Part shown: piece by piece, positions 1 through 8,628 of the stretch
Position numbering within the stretch: position 1 is the stretch's first letter
Layout: the number at the start of each line of letters is the position of its first letter
Translations under genes and position numbers: made by a program
The notes under the pieces: generated by a model
What the model saw: the letters and a program-made list of their open reading frames with translations, nothing else
Database searches by the model: none
What the model was told of the DNA's origin: nothing
Source: Nitrososphaeria archaeon
GTDB taxonomy: Archaea; Thermoproteota; Nitrososphaeria; Nitrososphaerales; JAAOZN01
Assembly (NCBI GenBank): GCA_029775855.1
Contig: JARVJZ010000004.1
Location: 32,001-96,000 of the forward strand
DNA: 64,000 nucleotides
Direction: 5' to 3'

Positions 1-511
1 CAAATAGCTTCATGGCGCCACAGAAGCTACCATTCACTAAACCATAATTCCCAGAGAGTGTAGCGAACATTACAGCACTTGAGCCATACTTCTCTTTGAC
101 TTTTAAGAGTTTTTGTGCAATAGTGTTAATGGCTTCATCCCAGCTTATCCTTACCCACTTACCCTCACCCCTCTTCCCCACTCTTTTCAAAGGATACTTT
201 AGTCTATTTGGATCATAAACACGTTGAACATGAGATAAACCTCTAAGGCATATCCGATCATACCTTCTATTGGGCATAGGTGCCATCTCAGTTTTAACAA
301 GCTTATCCTCAAATACGTGGACATAAAGCCTGCAGCTCTGCCAGCAGTTAGGAGCGCAAGCGCTACGAAATACTTTAGTTGTCTTCTCCATCTTTTCGAT
401 TGAAGCAGAAGCGCGAGATGGTATAAGCAAATTGCAACCAAGTGAGGATAAAGCTGCAATAGAAGTTGTTAAGGCAAGGCCTTTCAGGAAGGAACGACGC
501 GATAGAACCAT
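1..511 (-). CDS. Tat-exported DMSO-reductase-family molybdopterin oxidoreductase, catalytic subunit (5' part only, runs off the window; absent from the ORF track)
   Basis: Hand translation from ATG at 511 (alternative GTG at 526): MVLSRRSFLKGLALTT... (Tat motif SRRSFLK), SACAPNCWQSC...RICLRG (FS0 Cys motif), DPNRLKYPLKRVGKRGEGKWVRISWDEA. Frame stays open to base 1. Confidence 0.93.
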   Translation of the reverse strand, partial: MVLSRRSFLKGLALTTSIAALSSLGCNLLIPSRASASIEKMEKTTKVFRSACAPNCWQSCRLYVHVFEDKLVKTEMAPMPNRRYDRICLRGLSHVQRVYDPNRLKYPLKRVGKRGEGKWVRISWDEAINTIAQKLLKVKEKYGSSAVMFATLSGNYGLVNGSFCGAMKLF

Positions 512-526
512 TGTAGGCTTATCCAC

Positions 527-637
527 TACAAGCCTATCTTTTATATTTTTCCTTGGTTGTCGCTAAATTTTTTGTTTATTTTGTTTAAATATTTATATAT
601 TAGCTCTACTTTGATTTAGAGCAAGAGTTGATGTTGT
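527..637. promoter_or_regulatory. Divergent promoter region between the two molybdoenzyme genes
   Basis: Very AT-rich spacer with TATA-like runs (TTTTATAT near 539-546; TTTATATAT near 592-600) between head-to-head starts. Confidence 0.6.
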
Positions 638-3328
638 TTGGGTGAGGAGGTTAAGGTTTCTCGCCGTTCTATGTTGAAGTGGGCTGGCGCTTTAGCTGCT
701 TCTGCTGTAGCTGGTGTTGCGGTTGGTGTTGGTGCTGATAGGCTTCTCACACCTATCAGAGAGGTTGAAAAGACAGTCACAGCAACAGTAACACAGACCA
801 GAACCACAACACAAACAGCGACGGTAACAACACCAGTAACACAGACAACGACAGTCACAACACCAGTAACACAAACAGCAACAGTAACTCAAACAGCAAC
901 CACAACCGTAACTCAAACACCACCCCCACCACCAAGCCTAAAACCACCCCTATCACCAGAAATCAAACAAAGAGTCGAAGCCATAAAACAGCAACTAGCA
1001 GCAAAACACCAACAAGAAACCATAGTGTACAGTGGGGGGTGTGGAATAAATTGTGGTGGTGGCGGAGGTTGGGATAGTGGGTGCTTCTTTAAAATAAGAC
1101 TTAGGGATGGTGTGATAACAGCTATAGAATCTGATGATACTATTAACACCAATCTGCCTAGGGAAGACGAAGTAAAAGATAACATTGATAAAGTGAGACT
1201 TCAACGCCGACCGTGTGTCCGTGGTAGAGCTTGGCGCAAATATATCTACGGACCAGACCGTATTCTATATCCATTGAAGAGAGTAGGTCAAAGAGGTGAG
1301 GGAAAGTTTGTTCGAATTAGTTGGAATGAGGCTCTAGATACTATTGCAGCTAAAATGAAAGAAATGAAAGAGAAATACGGTCCATACTCAATAGGCACTA
1401 TGTATGAGTACCAAGAGTTTCCTAACATTCTTGCATACTTTGGTTGCGGCGCTACAGGTTGGAGCACAGCGTCTTTTGAAGCTACTAACTTTGCTGGGCT
1501 ACAGATGATGGGTGCTTGGGCTTGGATACCTTACGTTGATCACGAAGCACCAGACATTTTTAACACTAAACTCATAATCATGTGGGGGTGGGACCCAACT
1601 ACATCAGAATGGATGATCTTCACAAAATACTATCTTCTACTAGCAAAAGAAAAGGGTATACCAATTATCGTAATCGAACCTAGATATACGTCATCGGCAG
1701 AAGTTTATGCAGACCAGTGGATACCAATTAGACCCGGCACTGATGTAGCAATGATGTTAGCGATGGCAAACGTTATATTCAAGGAAAAGCTTTACGATCA
1801 AGATTATATCTCGAAATATGTGGATACGAATGGTCTTCAAAAATGGATGGACTATGTCTTAGGTAAGTCTGATGGAGTCGATAAGACGCCTGAGTGGGCA
1901 GAGAAGATATGCGGTGTTCCTGCTGAAACTATACGCGACTTAGCTCGACTATACGCTAAGAGCAAACCTTGCCATCTTAATGTAAGCTGGGCGCAAGCCA
2001 GACAGCCTTGGGGTGAGAATGTCGCTAGAGCAGCAATAGCTTTACACGCCATAACGGGAAACATAGGTGTGCCAGGTGGTGCTTCTTGCTTAGGTGGTGG
2101 ATTTGTGGCAAGAGGTGTTTATGATAGCCCAGTTGTCGATTATAGGCAAAAACCTGTTCCCGTAACAGAAATGTGGGGTGGGACATTACCAGTGCTATAT
2201 TGCAACTGGAAGTGGGCTGATGTAGTTCTGCTAAAAGAGAAGGTTGATAAGGGTGAGATGACTAAAGAAGATTACTACAGCATCATCGGTAACGATGCAA
2301 ATAACCCTATGCCCAATCTACATATGTTATGGATAAATAAGAACATATTTAATCAGACAGTTGATCTTAACAAACAAATCAAGGCTATTATGAAGATGGA
2401 CTTTGTAGTTGCTTGCGGGAGGCATATGACGCCATCAAACAAATATGCTGATATAATATTGCCCCTAACAGATGTCATGTTTGAAGAAAGACACTTTTTC
2501 GGCAACATGTATGCACCAAAGATCATTAACCCCCCAGGAGAAGCAAAAGATTTGTTGTGGATTCAAACTCAACTCGCCAAAAGACTGGGTCTTCTCGACT
2601 TGTATATGCCACTCTACACTACAGATGCTGAATGGGATAACTTGCTGGAAAGGCTCCATAAAGAAGCCTATGAAAAATGGGCGGCTCAACGAGGAATAAA
2701 TGTTTCTTGGGAGGAGTTTAAGAAGAAGCCAATAATACGCAGAGATGTCGTAGGAGAATTGAATTATCCCTTTAAAGCGCAGATTCAGAAAGGTGAGAAA
2801 TTTAACACAAGTACTGGCAAGATCGAAATATATTCTGAATATTTGGCTAAGACTGATCTAAAGAAGACAAGATACGGAGGATATATAGATCCTATGCCAG
2901 TCTACAGACCGCTTTGGGAAGGCTTTTACGATCCAAAAGCAAAAAAGTATCCACTTATGGTTATCACACCCCACGGAAGGTACAGAATCCACTCTGTTCA
3001 AGACTCTAATCCTTGGTTATCTGAAGATGCATATAGGAACTCAGTTTGGATAAGTGTGGTCGACGCTAAAGCAAGAGGCATTAAAGACGGTGACTTAGTC
3101 AGAGTTTACAACGACGTGGGAGAAATGGTGATTCCAGCTTATGTGACTTCGAGGATAGTACCTGGTGTAGTCTGTGTGTATGAGGGTAGATGGTATAGTC
3201 CAAACCCCAAAGGAGTCGATCGTAGAGGATGCAGTGATATAATATGTTATAATGAGAGTGCTGTACAACGATATCCCGGCGCTGGAGCTTGGCCGTTTAC
3301 AGCGCTTGTGGAGGTTGAAAAGTTCTAA
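638..3328 (+). CDS. Tat-exported DmsA-like molybdopterin oxidoreductase catalytic subunit with a Thr-rich stalk
   Basis: SRRSMLK Tat motif plus hydrophobic helix; CGINC-x9-C...PCVRG FS0 motif; RILYPLKRVGQRGEGKFVRISWNEA; WIPIRPGTDVAM; ADIILP; C-terminal molydop-binding domain (RIHS...DAKARGIKDGDLVRVYN). Confidence 0.93.
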   Translation: MGEEVKVSRRSMLKWAGALAASAVAGVAVGVGADRLLTPIREVEKTVTATVTQTRTTTQTATVTTPVTQTTTVTTPVTQTATVTQTATTTVTQTPPPPPSLKPPLSPEIKQRVEAIKQQLAAKHQQETIVYSGGCGINCGGGGGWDSGCFFKIRLRDGVITAIESDDTINTNLPREDEVKDNIDKVRLQRRPCVRGRAWRKYIYGPDRILYPLKRVGQRGEGKFVRISWNEALDTIAAKMKEMKEKYGPYSIGTMYEYQEFPNILAYFGCGATGWSTASFEATNFAGLQMMGAWAWIPYVDHEAPDIFNTKLIIMWGWDPTTSEWMIFTKYYLLLAKEKGIPIIVIEPRYTSSAEVYADQWIPIRPGTDVAMMLAMANVIFKEKLYDQDYISKYVDTNGLQKWMDYVLGKSDGVDKTPEWAEKICGVPAETIRDLARLYAKSKPCHLNVSWAQARQPWGENVARAAIALHAITGNIGVPGGASCLGGGFVARGVYDSPVVDYRQKPVPVTEMWGGTLPVLYCNWKWADVVLLKEKVDKGEMTKEDYYSIIGNDANNPMPNLHMLWINKNIFNQTVDLNKQIKAIMKMDFVVACGRHMTPSNKYADIILPLTDVMFEERHFFGNMYAPKIINPPGEAKDLLWIQTQLAKRLGLLDLYMPLYTTDAEWDNLLERLHKEAYEKWAAQRGINVSWEEFKKKPIIRRDVVGELNYPFKAQIQKGEKFNTSTGKIEIYSEYLAKTDLKKTRYGGYIDPMPVYRPLWEGFYDPKAKKYPLMVITPHGRYRIHSVQDSNPWLSEDAYRNSVWISVVDAKARGIKDGDLVRVYNDVGEMVIPAYVTSRIVPGVVCVYEGRWYSPNPKGVDRRGCSDIICYNESAVQRYPGAGAWPFTALVEVEKF
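772..935 (+). repeat. Thr/Val/Gln-rich low-complexity linker with an imperfect 30-bp repeat, ending in poly-Pro
   Basis: ACAACACCAGTAACACA at 827-843 and 857-873 (30-bp period); encodes TVTATVTQT...TVTTPVTQT...TPPPPP. Confidence 0.85.
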
Positions 3329-3336
3329 GAGGTGGT

Positions 3337-4083
3337 ATGATGGTTCAATATGGATTTTTCTTTGACCAAAGCAGATGCATAGGTTGCAGAGCTTGCGCTG
3401 TAGCTTGCAAGGACTGGAACGATCTGCCTGAAGGACCGGTTAAGTGGCTTCGGATATATGAATATGAAAAGGGTGCTTTCCCAAATGTGAGGGTTCACTA
3501 CCACTTCATTCCTTGTTTCCATTGCGAAAACCCCATATGTATAGACGCATCTAGTGCTCGCGGTATTTATAAGGAAGAAAAGTATGGTGCTGTGTTAATA
3601 GACCCTGATAAGGCTACTAAACTGAGGGATGCAGCCGCTGCTTGCCTATACGGTTCGATAGTCTTTGAAAGTGATGCCTCTGATGCAAAAGCCTCAAAAT
3701 GCACAATGTGCATAGATCGATTAGAAGAGGGGCTACTACCAGTTTGCGTAGCAGCGTGCCCAACTAGAGCTTTGGATTTTGGACCTCTTGAAACATTGCA
3801 AAGAAAGTATGGTACAAACAGGGATCTAGAGGATCTACCACCGTCTACTCTAACAAAGCCTTCCGCAATCTTTAAGCCACACTCTCCGAAGAAGCAGCTA
3901 GTCAGCTACGATGTAAATAAGGCCCTAAAGCTGCTTGCTGAAAGAGGCGATCTACCAAGTATATATAGTACAGCTGAGGATGTATTAAATATACCAGAAG
4001 GGCTGTTAAAGCGCAATAAGTTAGTTCTTAAGCCAAATAGCGTAAAGGACCTTCAAGAACTAACAAGGGACGATAACGCCTAA
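3337..4083 (+). CDS. DmsB/PsrB-like Fe-S electron-transfer subunit (apparently three clusters)
   Basis: QYGFFFDQSRCIGCRACAVACK; PCFHCENPIC; KCTMCIDRL...PVCVAACPTRALDFG; Cys group III is degenerate; GAGGTG RBS. Confidence 0.92.
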   Translation: MMVQYGFFFDQSRCIGCRACAVACKDWNDLPEGPVKWLRIYEYEKGAFPNVRVHYHFIPCFHCENPICIDASSARGIYKEEKYGAVLIDPDKATKLRDAAAACLYGSIVFESDASDAKASKCTMCIDRLEEGLLPVCVAACPTRALDFGPLETLQRKYGTNRDLEDLPPSTLTKPSAIFKPHSPKKQLVSYDVNKALKLLAERGDLPSIYSTAEDVLNIPEGLLKRNKLVLKPNSVKDLQELTRDDNA

Positions 4084-4099
4084 GAATCTCTACAGTTTC

Positions 4100-5218
4100 A
4101 TGACTCTCCTCTCATATTTTTTTAGAATTTTATGGATTTTCCTTTCACTTTCAATTTCTTCAGCAGCAGTATGGTCAGTTTTTTACCTACCAAATCCACA
4201 ATTACCTAGCAACAACAATGTTCTTCAACTTGTTAATAGCGGGGGAATGCCGGCAATAGACTCTCTTGGCGATACTGTCTCCTACATTTCATTAAATGAT
4301 GGATATAGTGAGATATGGTTGATTCGCAGCGATGGAAGAGAAAATAGACTTTTAACACCTATAAAAGGTAATATATCTAAAATTAAGTGGAGTCCAAATG
4401 GATTAGTAATAGCGTTTATTGCTAATCAAGGCTCTGATAAGATCTTCAGGATTTCGAAATATGGTGGAGTTATTACGCCAGTGAGCCGCGCGTTTGATGC
4501 TATCGAACAATTTGTATGGCTAGACGATGAATGGATTTTGCACGACGGCTACGAAAATGGTAAGTGGGGCGTATATCTCTCTAAAACAGACCGCGTGTAC
4601 GTTAGACTTAGCTCTTTCGATATCGACGCAAAGCATCCTAACTTATTAAAAGAAGGATCTCTTGTTGCAATGAGCGCAAAATATAGCGAGGGATACAAAA
4701 TAATCCTTTACAATCTCACATCAGGAAGTTGGACTCCTATAACTTTTGGAAGTGGTGATGATCTTAAACCCGCATTCAGCCCAGACGGCAAGAAGATAGC
4801 ATACCTATCTAATCGAGCAGGCAGGTGGAGCATTTGGCTAAAGAACATTGACACCGATAGTGAAATAGATCTTACGGCACCTTTTTCAGAGAGACGATAC
4901 CCCAGTTGGGCTCCTGATGTAGACCTCAATACAACTTTGATCTGGAAACCAGATTCACAACATCTAATATTCGACGGAAAACGTGGAAATTCCCGCGAGA
5001 TTTATATAATTAACTTAAGTGGTGGAACGGTAACTTTACGTTTCGCCGTTAAAGAATATTTTCCTCTGATACTCAACGTGGTATTTGAAAGCGTTTCGTC
5101 CTACAATCCAGTAATAGATCCAAGAGGTGAAAGTATATACTTTGAGAATAGAGGAGAAGGAGCCAGCAGTGTTTGGCGATTAGATCTTAACGTAAAACGA
5201 GCCTTATCTTATGGTTGA
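4100..5218 (+). CDS. Exported TolB-like (PD40) beta-propeller protein
   Basis: N-terminal hydrophobic segment; repeats WSPNG, PAFSPDGKKIAYLSNR, WKPDSQHLIF, PVIDPRGESIYF. Confidence 0.8.
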   Translation: MTLLSYFFRILWIFLSLSISSAAVWSVFYLPNPQLPSNNNVLQLVNSGGMPAIDSLGDTVSYISLNDGYSEIWLIRSDGRENRLLTPIKGNISKIKWSPNGLVIAFIANQGSDKIFRISKYGGVITPVSRAFDAIEQFVWLDDEWILHDGYENGKWGVYLSKTDRVYVRLSSFDIDAKHPNLLKEGSLVAMSAKYSEGYKIILYNLTSGSWTPITFGSGDDLKPAFSPDGKKIAYLSNRAGRWSIWLKNIDTDSEIDLTAPFSERRYPSWAPDVDLNTTLIWKPDSQHLIFDGKRGNSREIYIINLSGGTVTLRFAVKEYFPLILNVVFESVSSYNPVIDPRGESIYFENRGEGASSVWRLDLNVKRALSYG

Positions 5219-5292
5219 TACCAGTTACACTCCATTTTTCACCTTGACAACTTACATATTAATAGTACTTATGGAATTAAGATGACGGTCTA

Positions 5293-6156
5293 ATGAACGC
5301 TAAACCTATACTCATTATAATTGCTTTAATTATAGTTTCGTTAGCCGGTGTATTTTCTTATAATCTTCACCAACCTTTAGAGGTTGATAGAGTTGTTGAC
5401 GTGAGGTGGCTTGAAACTAATTGCGGTGGAGTCAAGATTGTAGCGGTTGGAAGCGACCAATCGCTTTTTAAAAGAGGATACATTCCTAGATCCTCTTTTA
5501 TATCTTACCAAGATCTAATAGATAAGAATTCGAGTATTCAAGGGCTGGTCTTGAAGGCTGAGGATTTTGAGAGGTTGATGAGCCATCTTGGAGTCTCAGA
5601 GAAGACCAGCATTCTGCTTTATGATAATCAATCTGGCTTATTTGCTGCACGAGCCTACTGGACACTCTACTATTATGGGCATAAGAGTATCCTGTTCCTG
5701 GATGGTGGAGTATCATCGTGGATAAAGGCTGGGTTACCATTAGAATCAACAACCACATCTAGCATATCTTCACAATACAAAATAGGTCAACTAAACTCTC
5801 AATCTCTAGCTACATTAACATACGTTAAAAGCCATTTGTATGATCCCCATGTTGTGATCATAGATGCTAGATCTGAAAGTGAATACTCTGAAGGCCATAT
5901 TCCGAATGCAATCCACATAGAATGGTCAGCTACGCTCACCTCTGAAGGCTTATTCAAAAATAAAACAGTATTAAAAGAATTATTTGCAAAACAAGGCATC
6001 ACACCTGAGAAGACTATAGTCACATATTGTAGAACTGGTGTGAGAGGGGCGCACATGTGGTTTGTGCTAAGTCAGATACTTAAATACCCTAATGTTATGC
6101 TTTATGACGGCTCTTGGGAAGAGTGGCTGGCAACAAGTCAGCCCATAGAAAGATAG
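5293..6156 (+). CDS. Tandem-domain rhodanese/sulfurtransferase with N-terminal signal or anchor
   Basis: AARAYWTL..G, LDGG..W, IIDARS..EY..GHIPNA, active loop YCRTGVR, YDGSWEEW; N-terminus MNAKPILIIIALIIVSLAG. Confidence 0.9.
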   Translation: MNAKPILIIIALIIVSLAGVFSYNLHQPLEVDRVVDVRWLETNCGGVKIVAVGSDQSLFKRGYIPRSSFISYQDLIDKNSSIQGLVLKAEDFERLMSHLGVSEKTSILLYDNQSGLFAARAYWTLYYYGHKSILFLDGGVSSWIKAGLPLESTTTSSISSQYKIGQLNSQSLATLTYVKSHLYDPHVVIIDARSESEYSEGHIPNAIHIEWSATLTSEGLFKNKTVLKELFAKQGITPEKTIVTYCRTGVRGAHMWFVLSQILKYPNVMLYDGSWEEWLATSQPIER

Positions 6157-6160
6157 ACGA

Positions 6161-7486
6161 CTATCGACGATAAAGGTTATTGTAAACACAGAAAGGAATA
6201 AGTTTATCATCCAGAACCACATGTACGCAGCACTTCATACATCTTTTCAAATCGAAGTTCCAAGCATCCTGAAAAGAATGAACTTGTATACTCATAACAT
6301 TATCTATCAAGTTCGTACTTGCGGAGCAGCAACATCTTATGCTATCTAACACATGCTCTGAACCAGGTGTAGCAGACATACTCCAAAGTTTATCAAGCGC
6401 CGCTGCCACCATCGGATCTTGATGCTTAGGTCTCTCACCATACGCACCAAGATATTCTGAAACGTCGCAATAGCGTGTCAAGGGGATGAGGTGCTCACCA
6501 GTATTGAACGTATATGTTAACGCACTGCAATGGCTGTCTGGACACGGAACAGGTATGAAGTCCGAAGCATGAATCTCTCTGTTTGTATGCTCCACTATCG
6601 TTCTGATAATGTCAGGTGCAGTTATGCGATGTAGAGGATTCAAAAATTCTTTTCTCAATCTACCAACAAAGGCTATCGGTGTAAAGATCAAACCATCAAT
6701 CCGCATCTTCTTAGCAAAATCTAAGATATGCCCTATCTGTAGATCGTTAACCCCTTTTACTACCGTGACACTTAGACTGATTTTTAAGCCGGCACACTTG
6801 GCCGCATCTATTGCTTTTTTCTTCAAAGAGAGAAGGTTTGAGCCGCGCATAAACTGGTATACATCGTCGTTAAGCGAGTCAAAGGAAAGGCTAAGTTCTT
6901 TTAGCCCTGCCTTTGAAAGTTCGTAGGCTAAACCAGGATTTCTAGCCAAGTTCACTCCATTTGAGTTTAAAGTTATGTTTGCGTAGCCGAGCTTATGTGC
7001 TTCAGCAACAAGATCTACAAGATCGGATCTTAATGTAGGTTCTCCACCAGTTATGACAAGACTTGGATTTTCACATTCACAGCTAGAAAGAAACCTTAAC
7101 CTATTTACCAGATCCTCTAATGTAGGTTCCTCACCAGCCATATTTGAAGATGCATAGCAAATTGGGCAGTTTTGGTCACATCTCCCTGAAACCTCCAATA
7201 GTCCAACACAAGTATGCTGTTGATGCTCAGCACAAAGACCACAGTCCCAAGGGCAACCTAAATTTTTAGAAGTAGCGTAGCGTTTTATAAGATACTTCTT
7301 TCCTGTCTGATTATATTTCTCAGCATTACGGTAGAAGTCAGCATCACTACATATAAGAGATTTTAACATCCCATGCTCTGGACATTCTTTGGCCATATAT
7401 ATTTGAGAATCTTCTTGATATATTCTAGCTTTTATTAAAGTGTTGCAAAAAGGGCATAGGCTATAGGTATCGCCTTTTGATTCCAA
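6161..7486 (-). CDS. Radical SAM enzyme of the MJ0619/tetraether synthase (Tes, GDGT-MAS) family
   Basis: N-terminal SLCPFC...KECPEHG; auxiliary GCPWDCGLC; RS motif CDQNCPIC; TGGEPT; C-terminal PCPDSHC...KCCVH...IPFCVYN. Confidence 0.75.
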   Translation of the reverse strand: MESKGDTYSLCPFCNTLIKARIYQEDSQIYMAKECPEHGMLKSLICSDADFYRNAEKYNQTGKKYLIKRYATSKNLGCPWDCGLCAEHQQHTCVGLLEVSGRCDQNCPICYASSNMAGEEPTLEDLVNRLRFLSSCECENPSLVITGGEPTLRSDLVDLVAEAHKLGYANITLNSNGVNLARNPGLAYELSKAGLKELSLSFDSLNDDVYQFMRGSNLLSLKKKAIDAAKCAGLKISLSVTVVKGVNDLQIGHILDFAKKMRIDGLIFTPIAFVGRLRKEFLNPLHRITAPDIIRTIVEHTNREIHASDFIPVPCPDSHCSALTYTFNTGEHLIPLTRYCDVSEYLGAYGERPKHQDPMVAAALDKLWSMSATPGSEHVLDSIRCCCSASTNLIDNVMSIQVHSFQDAWNFDLKRCMKCCVHVVLDDKLIPFCVYNNLYRR

Positions 7487-7599
7487 CTCTAAACACTAAC
7501 TGACTAACTAGACTTAAATGTTACTCTACGAGTTGCATCCCGTCAATCTTCTTCAACCATTATCAGTTAAAGATATTAATTTTCCTCTAGCATTCTATT

Positions 7600-8187
7600 T
7601 TGATGGATAAGATTAGGGTAGATGAGCGTACCGCACTTATAGTGGTTGATGTGCAGAATGACTTCTGCCCAGGAGGCGCTTTACCAGTTCCTGAAGGCGA
7701 CAGAGTTGTGCCTATAATCAACTGTTATATCGACATCTTTAGAGAGGCTGGTGCACCCATCTTCTTCACACGTGATTGGCACCCTAAAGACCACATATCC
7801 TTCAAGGGCTATGGTGGCATATGGCCTCCTCATTGTGTGCAAAATACTTGGGGTGCTGCTTTCCACCCGGCTCTTAAAGTGGGTGAAGAGGATGTGGTTG
7901 TTTCAAAGGGTTTTGAGCGGCTGAAGGAAGCGTACTCTGGCTTTGAGGGTACAGACCTTGATGAGCGTTTGAGAAGACTGTGTGTGGAGAGGCTGCTGGT
8001 CGGCGGGCTAGCTACTGATTACTGTGTTAAGAATACTGTGTTGGACGGTTTGAAAAGAGGGTACCGAGTATTTTTGCTTGAAGATGCTGTGCGTGGTGTA
8101 GATGTTAAGGTAGGGGATAGCATTAGAGCGGTGGAAGAGATGGTTAAGTCGGGAGCGGTGAAGATAACACTTAAAGACCTTTTGTAA
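7600..8187 (+). CDS. pncA: Nicotinamidase/pyrazinamidase
   Basis: VDVQNDF.PGGAL, RDWHP..H.SF, WPPHCVQ, YSGF, GLATDYCV. Confidence 0.92.
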   Translation: MMDKIRVDERTALIVVDVQNDFCPGGALPVPEGDRVVPIINCYIDIFREAGAPIFFTRDWHPKDHISFKGYGGIWPPHCVQNTWGAAFHPALKVGEEDVVVSKGFERLKEAYSGFEGTDLDERLRRLCVERLLVGGLATDYCVKNTVLDGLKRGYRVFLLEDAVRGVDVKVGDSIRAVEEMVKSGAVKITLKDLL

Positions 8188-8231
8188 GGCAGCACTCTAG
8201 ATGCATCATCACATTTAGAGGAGTATCTTTC

Positions 8232-8552
8232 TTACCGCATTATTGGGCTATTCTCGCTGATCTGCTCGAGAATGTTTAGGTATGCGCGTAAAATGTTGAA
8301 GCCTTTTTGTGTCAACTCGTATCTCCTTCTATTACCAAATTCGAATTCAGCTAAGAAGCCGTTTTCAACAAGGCTCCTAAGGTGTGTCTGGAGAATCGCC
8401 CAAGATATGTTTGCTTTATACATTATTTGTGTTGGTTTCTCTATACCCTCTTTTACGATGCGAAGAATGTCCATCTTAATCTCAAGATGAGAGCGGCGAA
8501 TAAGCTTTTGAGACTTACCAACAACATTCTGTTCGAGTTTCTCCACGTTCAC
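8232..8552 (-). CDS. Small archaeal winged-helix DNA-binding protein
   Basis: RRSHLEI..DIL, PTQIMYKANISW, L..NGFL, YELTQKG. Confidence 0.85.
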   Translation of the reverse strand: MNVEKLEQNVVGKSQKLIRRSHLEIKMDILRIVKEGIEKPTQIMYKANISWAILQTHLRSLVENGFLAEFEFGNRRRYELTQKGFNILRAYLNILEQISENSPIMR

Positions 8553-8628
8553 ACCTCTTTTTAGAAGTTAAGAAGGAGGAGATATATATGGTTTAGTGTG
8601 TTCAAATCTGTACCGCAAATCTATTAAA

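Noticed and set aside
199-459. 86-aa - strand ORF in the track
   Set aside because: Wrong frame; the real gene is the molybdoenzyme frame starting at 511
616-916. Val/Cys-rich antisense ORFs (e.g. MSYGCGCCLSYCCC...) resembling metallothioneins
   Set aside because: Artefacts of reading the ACA-rich Thr linker on the reverse strand
772-935. Possible CRISPR or satellite array
   Set aside because: Repeats are in-frame and degenerate, with no unique spacers; this is a coding linker
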